This document shows positions 36,432 to 49,274 of a DNA stretch of 64,000 nt, piece after piece. This DNA is from Centroscyllium fabricii (lineage: Eukaryota). The position numbers and the translations under genes were made by a program. Every line of letters begins with the position of its first letter. Position 1 is the stretch's first letter. Location: assembly GCA_051313645.2 (NCBI GenBank), contig JBNRSN020000002.1, positions 539,214,001-539,278,000 of the forward strand. The letters are read 5' to 3'. The notes beneath the pieces were generated by a model that was not told the origin of the DNA, did no database searches, and saw only the letters and a list, made by a program, of their open reading frames with translations.

Positions 36432-37062
36432 CAGGTTGAGCACCGTTAATCCGGACACTGTTAATTCGGCAAATTCAGTCATCTGGAACAAACCCGGCTG
36501 ACTGGTGTGCGCATGCGCAAAATGGCCACCGCGCTTAGCTGCGCACGCCCGGGCCTCTCCCCGATTGGTCTGCGCATGCGCAATATGGCCGCCACGCTTG
36601 GCTGCGCATGCCCAGGCCGCTCCCTGACTGCCCCGCGCATGTGCAAAATGGCCACCACACGTGGCTGCGCATGCCCGGGCCTCTCCCCGATTGGTCTGCG
36701 CATGCGCAATATGGCCGCCACGCTTAGCTGCGCATACCCAGGCCTCTCCCTGACTGCCCGACTGCCCCGCGCATGCACAAAATGGCCACCGCACGTGGCT
36801 GCGCATGCCCGGGCCTCTCCCCGATTGGTCTGCGCATGTGCAATATGGCCACCGCGCTTGGCTGCGCATGCCTGGGCCTCTCCCCGAACGATTGCTGCTT
36901 CGGCGAGCACATGTGCAGACCACTCAAAATGGCCACCGGCCTCCACGGTGGCCATTTTGAATGGTCTGCGCATGCGCTCGCCGAAGCTTCAATCATTCAG
37001 ATTTTTCAAAAATCCGGCACCGTCCCAGTCCCGACCATGCCGGATTAATGGTGTCGGACCTG
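36432..37062. mobile_element. Tigger/pogo-like MITE containing six 63-bp units (alternating A/B)
   Basis: ta|CAGGTTGAGCACCGTTAATCCGG...CCGGATTAATGGTGTCGGACCTG|ta. Units start at 36509, 36572, 36635 and 36698. Confidence 0.85.
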
Positions 37063-37542
37063 TATAGGTTTTATTTATTCTCCTTTTAGCTTAACGTGTG
37101 TCGAAATAGAAGTGCTGTTTATGAAAAGACTTAGAAAAATAAGGTTGTCATCTAATTAACTTTGCATATGCAAATGATGACAAATTTAAAATGCTGTTCC
37201 CAGGAGCATCATAAAGATGGGAGTTATTTTTATGAGTGAATTAAAATTTGGCACCTTTTGTCACATCCGAACTCCTGCTATTCCAACCTAGCGGCTCCTT
37301 ACACAGTCAAACGTAAAGGATTATCTGCAAGCTGCTGTTCATTTATTCAAAGGAGCCCCGGGTCATCTCCAATGACATGATAAATAATCGCAAATGTTAT
37401 TCTGGCTGCAGAGGATAAGTAGCTGTTCTTTATTTTCTATACATGGCAGGAACTACACCGAGCCCCACAATCTGGACCCTAAATCCTCAGCCCCCTAGAG
37501 GGTATGTCAGGGACTGGAGGTCCGAAATAGCAGGATGAAAAG

Positions 37543-37996
37543 AAAAAGAAAGACTTGCATTTATATAGCGCCGTTTATGACCACCGGACGTCTCAAATTA
37601 AGTACTTTTGAAGTGGAGTCACTGTTGTAATGTAGGAAACGCGGCAGCCAATTTGCGCACAGCAAGGTCCCACAAACAGCAATGTGATAATGACCAGATA
37701 ATCTGTTTTAGTGATGTTAATTGAGGGATAAATATTGGCCAGGATACTGGGGATAACTCCCCTGCTCCTCTTCGAAATAGTGGCCATGGGATCCTTTACG
37801 TCCACCTGAGAGAGAAGACAGGGCCTCGGTTTAACGTCTCATCTGAAAGACGGCATCTCCAACAGTGCAGCACTCCCTCAGCACTGCACTGGAGTGTCAG
37901 CCTAGCTTTGGGTGCTGAAGTCCCTAAAGGGGGACTTGAACCCACAACCTTCTGACTCAGAGGCGAGGGTGCTGCCCACTGGAACATGGCTGACAC
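37543..37996 (-). mobile_element. SacSINE1/DeuSINE-type SINE, full length
   Basis: tRNA-like head with GGTTCAAGTCC B-box, Deu-type core and tail. Confidence 0.88.
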
Positions 37997-38678
37997 TGAT
38001 AGGACCTGAGAATGTCGCCTTTCTGCTCAGAATCTTGCCTGCCGTCAGGGATGGCTGGAACTTGTGCCCGCTCCACACACGGGTTCTGATATCCGAGGGA
38101 TTGGGCTGAGAGGAGGGGCTTCCTCACGTTGGGAATTTCCCTGGTCCCAGCCTCCCTCCTGCCGAGATGAACCCGGTGCACAGGTTGGTTCGTTAGACTT
38201 TTGTGCACTAAGGGATCTGGTGGGAAAGTGGAGTTGATGTGGAAGTTCAGCCATGATCTTATTGAATGGGCGAGCAGGCTTGAAGGGACCGTATGGCCGA
38301 CTCTGTCTTATGCTCTTGTATGGGGCGTTTGGCTTTTCTAGGCTAAGATTACCCGAAAAGTTGTGCCTGATCGAATTGGCCCTCCAATAAAGGGGGCCAA
38401 GCTGCCTGTGCGCCAACTGGGGTCCAACCAATGGCTTTCACAAGTGGCCCTCCATGGATCCATTACCCCCCACAACCTCCTCCTGTAGCAAGACGTGCCC
38501 AGATTTGTGCGGGCACCTGCTGCCAGTGTTCTCCTTGATTGGTCCTGCCCTGACCCTGGAAACTGTGGTGGGGTCAGGGGCAGAGGTCACCAGTGACTGC
38601 TCCACGATATTTGTGTTGGCGGAGTGAGGCGGAGGTCTTTTGACCCCTTTGGCTTTTGACCGTTAGGTTTTCCCTTAC

Positions 38679-38755
38679 CTCACAGGAATCTCCAGGGGCT
38701 CCACTTGGGTGTTCAGTATCAAGTACTTGTGGATTGTGCTGTAGGAATTGTACCT
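38679..38755 (-). CDS. Candidate linker exon of the same gene (77 nt; frame unresolved)
   Basis: ttattacttacttgccAG acceptor and GAG|GTAAGG donor in unique sequence. Open in two frames (EVQFLQHNPQVLDTEHPSGAPGDSCE or RYNSYSTIHKYLILNTQVEPLEIPV). No recognisable homology. Confidence 0.35.
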
Positions 38756-38954
38756 CTGGCAAGTAAGTAATAAATCTACATTAGCATTGAATATTTATAC
38801 AAATCTATGTGGTGTATGATTACAGAGTTTAAAATAACATTGCAGGAGATAACATCAACACTGCCACATTTAAAAAAAATGAAAATCACGAATATTTCTT
38901 CTCTATTGTATGAAATAAATCACAACTGATAAAAAAGCTCAGTTAAAAGGAAAA

Positions 38955-39402
38955 AAATGACTTGCATTTATATAGCACCTTTCACGACCTCCCAAAGCAC
39001 TTTACAGCTAATGAAGTACTTCTGAAGTTTAGTCACTGTTGTAATGTACGAAATGCAGCAGCCAATTTGCGCACAGCAAGCTCCCACAAACGGCAATGTG
39101 ATAATGACCAGATAATTTGTTTTAGTGGTGTTGATTGAGTGATAAATATTGGCCAGGACACCAAGGATAACTCCCCTGCTCTTCTTTGAAATAGTGCCAC
39201 GGGATCTTTTACGTCCACCTGAGAAGGCAGACGGGGGCCTTGGTTTAACGCCTCATCTGAAAGACAGCACCTCCGACAGTGCAGCACTCCCTCAGTACTG
39301 CACTGGAGTGTCAGCCTAGATTTATGTGCTCAAGACCCTGGAATGGGACTTGAACCCACAACCTTCTGATTCAGAGGCAAGTGTGCTACTCACTGAGCCA
39401 CA
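38955..39402 (-). mobile_element. SacSINE1/DeuSINE-type SINE, abutted by a partial HE1 SINE (+, ~39400-39572)
   Basis: Colinear with 37543-37996. Confidence 0.85.
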
Positions 39403-39574
39403 GTCCAAAGATGTGTGGGTTAGGTTGATTGGCCATGATAAATTAACCCTTAGTGTTAGGGGGGTTAAATATGTGGGGTTACGGGGATAGGGTGGGATAT
39501 GTGTCGGTGCAGGCTCGATGGGCCGAAATGGCCTCTATTTGCACTGTAGGGATTCTATGATTCTATGATTCTAA

Positions 39575-42500
39575 CAATAACAATAATAGGGTTGTAATAG
39601 TAGGGGATTTCAACTTTCCCAATATTGATTGGGATAGCCAAAGTGTGAAGGGCTCAGAGGGTGCAGAATTCTTAAAGTGCAACCAGGAGAGCTTTCTGAG
39701 CCAGTATGTAGGTAGTCCTACAAGGGAGGGGGTGGTATTAGACTTAATTCTGGGAAATGAGGACGGGCAAGTGGAAGAAGTGTCAGTAGCAGAGCACTTT
39801 GGGGACAGTGACCATAATTCGGTAATATTTAAGGTAGTAATGGAAAAGGACAACGATGGACCAGAAATAAAGGTTCTAAATTGGGGCAAGGCCGATTTTA
39901 ATATGATAAGGCAGGAGCTGGCCCAAGTGGACTGGGACCAGCTTCTCGAAGGAAAGTCCGCATCAGAACAGCGGGAGGCGTTCAGAAGGGAAATTGAGAA
40001 AGTACAAGGGAAACATGTTCCCCTTAAGGTCAAGGGTGGGACCAATAAGCCCAGGGAACCTTGGATTTCAAGGGATATACGTGAATTGATTCGGGAAAAA
40101 AAGGGGGGCTTTCGGCAGACATAAAGAACTAAAGACAGAGGAGGCTCTAGAGGAGTATAGAAGGTGCAGGGGGTTACTTAAAAAAGAAATTAGGAGAGCG
40201 AAGAGGGGCCATGAGATAACCCTGGCGGGCAAAATAAAAGAAAATCCTAAAATGTTTCATAAGTATATTAAGGGCAAGAGGATAACGAGGGAAAGGGTGG
40301 GGCCCATTAGGGACCAACGTGGTAATCTGTGTGTAGAGCCAGAGGATGTAGGTGGGGTTTTGAATGAATTTTTTGCATCCGCGTTCACTGTGGAGAAGGG
40401 CGATGTGGATATAGAAATAAGACAGGAGGAATGCGATACACTTGATCATATTAGTATTGACAGGGAGGAGGTACTAGCGGTTTTAGCAGGCTTAAAAGCG
40501 GATAAGTCTCCAGGCCCTGACGAGATGTATCCCAGGCTGCTGGGTGAGGCTAAGGAAGAGATTGCAGGGGCTCTGACACAAATATTCAGAACCTCTCTGG
40601 CCACAGGGGATGTGCCGGAGGACTGGAGAATGGCCAATGTAGTGCCATTATTCAAGAAAGGTAGTCGGGATAAACCAGGGAATTACAGGCCGGTGAGCCT
40701 GACATCAGTGGTGGGGAAATTACTAGAAAAAATCCTGAGGGACAGAATTAGTCTCCACTTGGAGATGCAAGGATTAATTAAGGATAGTCAACATGGCTTC
40801 GTCAAGGGAAGATCATGTCTGACTAATTTGATTGAATTTTTTGAAGGGGTGACCAGGTGTGTGGATGAGGGAAGTGCAGTGGATGTGGTATACATGGATT
40901 TTAGTAAGGCTTTTGATAAGGTCCCGCATAGGAGACTGGTCAAGAAGGTAAGAGCCCATGGGATCCAGGGCATCTTGGCACAGTGGATCCAAAACTGGCT
41001 TAGTGACAGGAGGCAGAGGGTGATGGTCGAAGGTTGTTTGTGTGACTGGAAGCCTGTGTCCAGTGGGGTACCGCAGGGATCAGTGTTGGGTCCCTTGCTG
41101 TTTGTAGTCTATATTAATGATTTAGATATTAATGTAAAAGGCATGATCAGTAAGTTTGCAGATGACACAAAAGTTGGGGGGTTGGTAAATAATGAGGAGG
41201 AAATCCGCAACATGCAGGACAATAGACAATAGACAATAGACATTTACGGCACTTGAACAGGCCAGCCGGCCTACAAGTCGTGCCGCCCGATCCCTCCAGC
41301 TTCCCTTCTAATACCCTTCTCTCCCCATGTGGATATCCAGTTTCCTCTTGAACGCCTCCAGGCTGCCTGCCTCTACAATCCGTGCCGGCAGCCTATTCCA
41401 ATCTCCCACAACCCTCTGCGTGAAGAACCCCCCTCTTCCATCCCTTCTGAACTTTCCTCCCTGTATTTTATACTTGTGACCTCTCGTACCTATCTCCCCC
41501 ATCCTTGGAAACAGTCTTTGTATGTCCACCTGATCAATGCCCTTCATCATTTTGAATACCTCTATCAGGTCTCCCCTTGCCCTTCTTCTCTCTAGAGTGA
41601 ACAGCCCCAGTTGCCCCAGCCTCTCCTCGTACGTCTTCCCTCCCATCCCCGGCAGCATCCTTGTGAATCTCCTCTGCACCCTCTCCAGAGTCTCCACGTC
41701 CTTCTTGTACCTCGGTGCCCAGAACTGAACGCAGTACTCCAAGTGCGGTCTTACCAGCGTTGTATACAGCCTCATCAACACCTCTCTGTCCCTAAACTCC
41801 AGGCCCCTATTGATGAAGGCCAGTATCCCATAGGCCTTCTTCGCTGCCCTGTCCACCTGTGCGGCCGCCTTCAGTGACCTATGCACATACACCCCCAGAT
41901 CTCTCTGCTCCTCCGTTTCCTTTAACACTTTTCCGTTTAGTCTGTATTCCCTCCTTCCGTTCTTGCTGCCAAAATGCATCACCTCACATTTCCCAGCATT
42001 GAACTCCATCTGCCATCTCTCAGCCCATCCCTGCATTCTTTCTATATCCCTCTGTAGTCTCTCCCCTCCTTCTTCCTCATCCACTTCCCCCCCAATTTTT
42101 GTATCGTCCGCAAACTTACTGACCCACCCCTCTGTTCCTTCCTCCAAGTCATTTATGAAGATAGCGAACAGTAGTGGACCCAGCACTGATCCCTGCGGGA
42201 CCCCGCTGGTGACCGGTCTCCAACTGGAGTAACATCCATCCACTACCACTCTCTGTCTCCTTTGCGCCAGCCAGTTCTCTATCCAGTTAGCTATTCCCTC
42301 ATTTACCCCACATCCCCTTACTTTCCTCATCAGTCTTCCATGTGGAACTTTATCAAAGGCCTTGCTGAAATCCATATAGATTACATCAACCGCCTTCCCT
42401 TCATCCACACTCCTGGTCACTTCCTCAAAGAACTCTATCAGATTTGTCAGGCACGATTTGCCCTTCACAAATCCGTGCTGACTGCTCCTAATGAATTTAA

Positions 42501-44852
42501 CCTCTTCTAAGTGCCTATACACCCTATCCCTCAGTACCCTCTCCATTACTTTTCCCACCACTGAGGTCAGGCTGACCGGTCTGTAGTTTCCCGGTTCCTC
42601 CCTGGACCCTTTCTTAAATAGTGGAACTACATTCGCCTCCCTCCAATCACCCGGCACCATCCCTGATGCTAGTGAGGCCTCAAAGATCGAGGCCAGGGGT
42701 GCCGCTATTTCTTCCCTTGCCTCCCATAGTATCCTCGGATACACCCCGTCTGGCCCCGGTGATTTATTTACCTTTAACCGTTCCAGTATTCCTAACACCT
42801 CCTCCCTCGATATCCTCCCCTCCCCCATTCCCCTCCCCTGTTCTACTTCTGTCCCCCCTCCTTCCTGGTCCCTTTCCTTGGTAAATACTGACGCAAAGTA
42901 TTCATTCAAGGTTTCCGCCATTTCTTCCTGCTCCACACACATCTGTCCCTCCCCGTTCTTTAATGGTCCCACACTTTCCCTTTTCATTCTCTTGCTTCTT
43001 ACATAAGCATAGAATGCCTTTGGGTTCTCCTTGACCTTTCCCGCCAGTGCTTTTTCATGCCCCCTTTTCGTTTTCCTTAGTTCGTTCTTCAGTTCCCTCC
43101 TAGCCTCTTTATACTTCGTCCTTGTACCAGTGTCTTCCTTCCTCCTCATGGACCTGTAAGCCTCCTTTTTCTTTTTAACCAGCTGTATTACCCCTTTCGT
43201 ACACCATGGTTCCCTCCTCCTCCTTCTGTCACCCCTTCTGCATGGTACATGTTTGCTCAGGGCCTCCAATATGCGATCCCTGAACCCCTGCCATCTTTCC
43301 TGCGGATTTCCGTTCCTGGCCCCGTTATCCCATTCCCCTTTGCTCAAGTCTTGCCTGATGCCCCCGTAGTTCCCTTTTCCCCAGCAGTACGCCCTATTTG
43401 TCCTCCTGTCCTCGTCCTTATCCATTCTTATGCTGAATGTCAGTGAGTCGTGGTCACTGTCTCCAAAGCTCTCCCTGATTTCCATCCCTTCTACTTGCCC
43501 CGGTTCATTGCCTAATACCAGATCCAGAATTGCTGCCCCCCTTGTTGGGTTCTCCACGTATTGCGTTAGGAAGTTCTCCTGCACACACTGCGCGAACACC
43601 TCTCCTTCCGAGCCATTGACCCTGAACGTTTCCCAGCTTATGTGTGGAAAGTTGAAGTCCCCCATCACCACTACTTTGTGTTTTTCACATCTACCCCTTA
43701 TTTCCTCCGCTATCTCTTCCTCCACCTCCTTCTCACTGTTAGGCGGTCTATAGTAGACACCTACCAGTGTGACTTGCCCTTTTTTGTTCCTTATTTCCGC
43801 CCATACTGATTCCACCTTCGATTCCTTCCCTTGCTGCTTCTCTACCGCCTTCAGAGTGTCCTTTACCAGAATCGCTACTCCTCCTCCTCGTTTTCCTTCC
43901 TCCCTGCATTTGCTAAACGTTCTGTACCCCTGGAACCCCAACAACCATTCCTGTCCCCTCTCCACCCATGTCTCTGTTACCGCCACCACATCGTACTCCC
44001 AGGACGACATAGATGAGTTGGTAAGATGGGCGGAACAGTGGCAAATGGAATTTAATCCTGAAAAGTGTGAGGTGATGCATTTTGGTAGGTCTAACATGGC
44101 AAGGGAATACACCATAAATGGTAGGACGCTAGGGAGGACAGAGGATCAGAGGGACCTTGGTGTGCATGTACATAGATCCCTGAAGGCAGCAGAACAGGTG
44201 GATAAGGTGGTTAAAAAGGCATATGGGATACTTGCCTTCATTAGCCGAGGCATAGAATATAAGAGCAGGGAGGTTATGATGGAGCTGTACAAAACGCTGG
44301 TAAGACCACAGCTGGAGTACTGTGTGCAGTTCTGGTCGCCACACTATAGGAAGGGTGTAATAGCTTTGGAGAGGGTGCAGAGGAGATTCACCAGGATGCT
44401 GCCTGGGCTGGGGAACTTCAGCTATGAAGAGAGACTGAAGAGGCTGGGGTTGTTTTCCTTGGAGCAGAGGAGGCTGAGGGGGGACCTGATTGAGGTGTAC
44501 AAAATTATGAGGGGAATAGATAGGGTGGATGGAGTGGAACTTTTTCCCTTGGTTGAGGGGTCAATAACGAGGGGGCATAATTTCAGGGTAAGGGGCAGGA
44601 GGTATCATGGGGATGTGAGGAAGAACTTTTTCACCCAGAGGGTGGTTGGAGTCTGGAAGTCACGGTGGTAGAGGCGGGAACCCTCACAACATTCAAAAAG
44701 CATTTGGATGAGCACTTGGCATGCCATAGCATAAAAGGCTACGGACCAAATGCAGGAAAATAGGACTAGAATAGACTGGGATTGATGGGCGGCACGGATG
44801 CGATGGGCCGAAGGGCCTCTTTCTGTGCTGTATTACTCTATGACTCTATGAC
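39575..44852 (+). mobile_element. 5'-truncated CR1 LINE split by an opposite-strand CR1
   Basis: ORF2 pieces 39645-40124 and 40252-41220, resuming at 44000 (QDDIDELVRWAEQWQM); (ACTCTATG)n tail. Confidence 0.93.
41221..43999 (-). mobile_element. Young CR1 LINE with uninterrupted, slightly 5'-truncated ORF2 (APE plus RT); TSD CAGGAC
   Basis: Open frame 41308-43999 (VAVTETW, GDFN, SDH, FADD). CAGGAC at 41215-41220 and 44000-44005. (TGTCTAT)n tail. Confidence 0.95.
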
Positions 44853-45387
44853 AATGGCAGGTGTTAGGATGACGGTTTTTGACGAACGTACAAAGCAAAC
44901 CAATCAGTCTCAAAAGCGTCTGTGACATAGAACACAAAGAGTGCATCGCCACTGCGGAATAGACCAACCACTTAAGGATCCAGCATCACGTGAGCACAAC
45001 AGATATCGTGCAAATACAATAGCATTTCCATAGCGGAAGCTGAAAATCTGAAAAAACAACAGAAAATGCTGGAAAAACTCAGCATCGAAGAGAGAGAAAA
45101 ACATTCTGGACTTAACATCGAGTTCAACAATTTCAGACTAGAAATCAGCCTCTGTATTTCTTTACATATTTTTTCCTCTTGTTTCCTCACATGGTAGCTG
45201 TTAATGTTGCTGCCATCATCATCCACACATCATCTAGAGCCATCTTTTGCTTCTTAACTCGTCCCATTACCTCTCCTGTTGCCTCGCATCATCGTCCATT
45301 TTGTCTGTCAATCTCTCCCGCCTTCCAACCAATCATAGACCTTCCCTTTGTTCTTTCCTCCCCTCCTCCCTTCCCCTGTTTAACATT

Positions 45388-46137
45388 GGGCCAGAACCCC
45401 CAATGAGCGCAGGAGGTTTTGGAGCCGGGTTTTAGCGCACGCGAGCTCCGAATCGCAGGGAGCTCCATTTCCAGCTGCTACCTGCATTTCTGAAGGCAGC
45501 CAGCAGGGGGTCGAGAGCTGCTGCGAGCTGGATCGCATTCACCTGCGCACCACGAGGTGCGCAGTGCACTTCCGATTTTTTTCCGAGTTTTTTATCGGGG
45601 TAAGTATTGAAGATTTTACACTTAAAAATATCAGACATAAGCACCCGTTTTTAGCAGGTAAGTCTTTATTTTATAGAATTTAAGTATTGTTTTTACAGGT
45701 TTTTAATTTTTTTCAACTTTAAAGACAGGTAAGTATTCTTTTAGGCCAGTTAAAAACTTTTTTTTTTTAAATCTAAATTTTTATTTTTTCTTTAAAATAG
45801 GTAATTTATGTTAGTTAGAGTATTGTTAAAAAAAATTGTTTTTTTAATTTTATTTTTGTGTTTAGATGTGTTTTTGAAGCTCTTCCTTTCAAAACTTACA
45901 CAGATTTCTCCGTGTAAGTTATGAATGGAGGATTGCTTCCATTGATTGGTTCCCTGCCGATCACGTGGTCTCGTGCGATATCTCCCACTAACTGCGCCGT
46001 TGAGTTGCACCAGCGGGTCGCTTAGAGCTTTCAGCAGCTGTACAACTCGGGAGTTCACATCGTAGAATTTCAAAACGACAAAAGTGTAACTTGGAGCCCT
46101 GCACACGCAGGAAGGCTCCAAGGCTAATTTCTGGGCC
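45388..46137 (+). mobile_element. Harbinger/PIF-like MITE (GGCCCAGAA family)
   Basis: att|GGGCCAGAA...TTCTGGGCC|aat; core similar to 493-1262. Confidence 0.78.
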
Positions 46138-46938
46138 AATCTCTCTTCCTTCACCTCTTCCAGTTCTGCCGAAGGGTTCGACCCGAAACAATGGGGTGGA
46201 TTTTCCTCGGTCCGTGAAGGCGGCTTTCCGGCGGTGCAGGGCCTAAAGTCGCGGAACCGGGTGGTCCCGCCCCCCCGCCGGATCGCCGCCGGCTTGTACG
46301 TTTCGGGCGGTATGTCCCGCCGTCCTGAATCTTTCCCGCCCGTTGCCAGCGGGGATGCTCGTTTAAGTAATTGAGGGCCCTTAATTCGACTGGATAATGC
46401 CATTTTAAGGGCCCTCACCTATTTTACACCCCTTCCCACCCAAACCCCGCCATCCTGAAACCCCGCTGGTGAAACCCAGCGGGAGCACAGTGGCCTTGGT
46501 CACTTTCACCTTCAAGGCATTGAAGGACCCAGACCAGAATACTTTCCAGGCCTTCAACATCCTTGGATGAAGACCAGCTGTGGAGAAAAACCTTAAAAAC
46601 CTTACCTTGACAGGTCCATTGAGAGACGCTCCCTAACTGTCAAAGATTTGCAGCCCACCCGTCCACCTGTCACTCAAAGCACTTGGCCTTTCCGATTGGT
46701 TGTACTCCATCGTGATGTGACAAAGGAGTGTTTCCATGGGAACTGTCAACAAACAGTCCCTGGAACTGTCTGTCAAGCTCCTCGCTCCCCACTGCAGCAC
46801 CTTGATTGCCCACTCAACTCAGGCAATTACAAGGGGCTCCCCGCAAGCGGCGATTTAATTGATCAATTTGGGGAAAATAGCATCGGGTTTCCAGGCCCTT
46901 GGGCGGATGGGACAGAAACCCGACCCATCCCCGCCAGG

Positions 46939-47175
46939 TGACGTATCGTCAATTAATTCACAAAGACGAGTAGTTACCTAAACTACAGGCTTTTATTAAC
47001 TAAGAATGGAGCTGGTCTCCTGATGAGGTCAAGGTGAAGAATGAGCGGGCGCAGGGCAGCCCTCACCTATATACTCCGACCTGAGGGGAGGAGTTAGGGG
47101 TGTGGCTGATCTGGCCTGCAATACAGTACAGGTGAACCAGCAACTATTTACAGTGGTTATTACACGATTACCACA
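46939..47175 (-). repeat. 3' LTR (237 bp)
   Basis: About 12 substitutions and 1 indel relative to the 5' LTR by eye; preceded on the minus strand by AAGGGGTGGA. Confidence 0.95.
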
Positions 47176-47277
47176 TCCACCCCTTGTTTAAAAACAAGTC
47201 CGGCGGGGTGAACGTGCCTTCGGGTGAAAGAAAAGATCTATATGGACAGGTACGCATAATTAATTAGCATTTCGTTA

Positions 47278-49259
47278 TCAGTCTCTCCGGTGGTCGCGTC
47301 TGCCTGAGGGACCGCCGGGGTGCCGGCGATGGTGGTGCTGGTTGTAGGGCCGGGGTCGAGCTCTCTGCCAACAGTGCCAGCGGTGCGGCGTCCGATCCCG
47401 GGTCGCCGAACAGTGGTGTTGAGGGCCCCGGTGTGTGTATATATGGGGCCCAGTATTCGGTGGGTGGTGGCTGGTCGAGCTGAGGCTCGACCGGGGGTTC
47501 TGCCATAGTGCTCCCGCCAGGTCCCTGATCGAGACCGTATCCCCGCGCCCATCCGGGTATGCCATGTAAGCATATTGTGGGTTGGCGTGGAGCAGGTGCA
47601 CCCGTTCCAACAGGGGGTCGGTCTTGTGGCCGCGGAGGTGCTTCCTAAGCAATACTGGCCCCTGCGCTGTCAGCCACAGCGGGAGTGCTGTCCCCGAAGT
47701 CGACTTCCTGGGGAAGGAAAACAACAGGTCATGAGGTGTGGAGTTAGTGGCGGTACACAATAGAGAGCGGATGGCATGGAGCGCGTCTGGGAGGACCTCC
47801 TGCCAACGGGAGACTGGAAGGCCTCTGGACTTCAGGCCCAGGTTGACCACATTCCAGATGGTCCCATTCTCTCTTTCTACCTGGCCGTTCCCCCGGGGGT
47901 TGTAACTGGTCGTTCTGCTTGAGGCAACCCCTTTCTGAAGCAGGAACTGACGCAGTTCGTCGCTCATGAACAACGACCCCCGGTCGCTATGGATGTAGCT
48001 GGGGAGACCGAAAATGGCGAACAGCGTGGTGAAGTGTTTGATCACCATTGTGCTCGTCATATCTGGGCAGGGGAAGGCAAAGGGGAAGCGTGAGAACTCG
48101 TCTATGACCGTACGGAAATACGAGTTGCGGTCAGTGGAGGGGAGGGGCCTTTGAAGTCCACGCTCAGGCGTTCAAAGGAGCGGGTGGCCTTGATGACGTG
48201 TGCCGTGTCTGGCCTGTAGAATTGGGGTTTGCACTCGGCACAGACAGGGCACTCTTTGGTCATAGCCTTTATCTCCATGATGGAGTAGGGGAGACTACGG
48301 GATTTGACGATATGGGCGAGTCTGGTGACATCCGGTTGGCAGAGGCGATCGTGGAGGGCCTACAGCCGGTCAAGCTGGGCGCTGGCGCACGTTACCCTGG
48401 ACAGTGTGTCTGGGAGTTCATTGAGCTTGCCTGGACGGTAAAGAATGTCATACTCGTAAGTCGAGAGTTCGATCCGCCACCGAAGGATCTTATCATTCTT
48501 GATTTTACCCCGTTGTTTATTGTTATACATAAACGCCACCGACAGTTGGTCGGTGAGCAGGGTAAAACGCTTACTGGCCAGGTAATGACGCCAGTAGCGC
48601 ACTGCCTCCACCATGGCCTGGGCCTCCTTTTCCACCGCTGAGTGGCGTGTTTCGGGTCCCTGTAGGGTCCGGGAGAAGAACGCTACGGGCCTACCTGCCT
48701 GGTACAGGGTGGCGGCAAGGGCGAAGTCCGAAGCATCACTCTCCACCTGGAAGGGAATGGACTCATCAACGGCGTGCATGGTCGCCTTGATGATGTCTTA
48801 CTTAATCCGGGCGAATGCCGTTTGGGCTTCTGCCGAGAGGGGGAAGATGTCGGCCTTGAGGAGAGGTCTGGCCTTATCCGCGTACTGGGGGCCTCATTGC
48901 GCGTAATAAGAAAAGAACCCCAGACATCTCCTCAGGGCTTTAGGGTTGTGAGGTAAGGGTAGCTTTTGCAAGAGGCGCATACGCTGTGGGTCGGGGCCGA
49001 GGACCCCGTTTTCCACCACGTATCTGAGGATAGCGAGCCGATCCGTACTAAAGACACACTTGTCTTTATTGTACGTTAGGTCGTCGTTTTGCCGTGTGCA
49101 GGAATTTGGCAAGGTTGGCATCGTGGTCCTACTGGTCATGGCCGCAAATGGTCACGTTGTCCAAGTAGGGGTAGGTGGCCTGCAACCCGTTCTGGTCAAC
49201 CATGCGGTCCATCTCCCTCTGGAACACCGACACCCCGTTGGTCACGCCGAAGGGGACCC
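47278..49259 (-). pseudogene. Gypsy pol remnant: RT C-terminus, RNase H and integrase
   Basis: SDASDFALAATL, EKEAQA, HSDRG and YNPRGNGQVER motifs across frameshifted ORFs. Confidence 0.9.
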
Positions 49260-49274
49260 TTCGGCGTGACCAAC

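Noticed and set aside
41308-44115. 935-aa ORF as a complete gene
   Set aside because: The first ~39 codons are antisense host-CR1 sequence across the TSD; the real element is 5'-truncated at 43999. ORF 43769-44671 is the reciprocal chimera.
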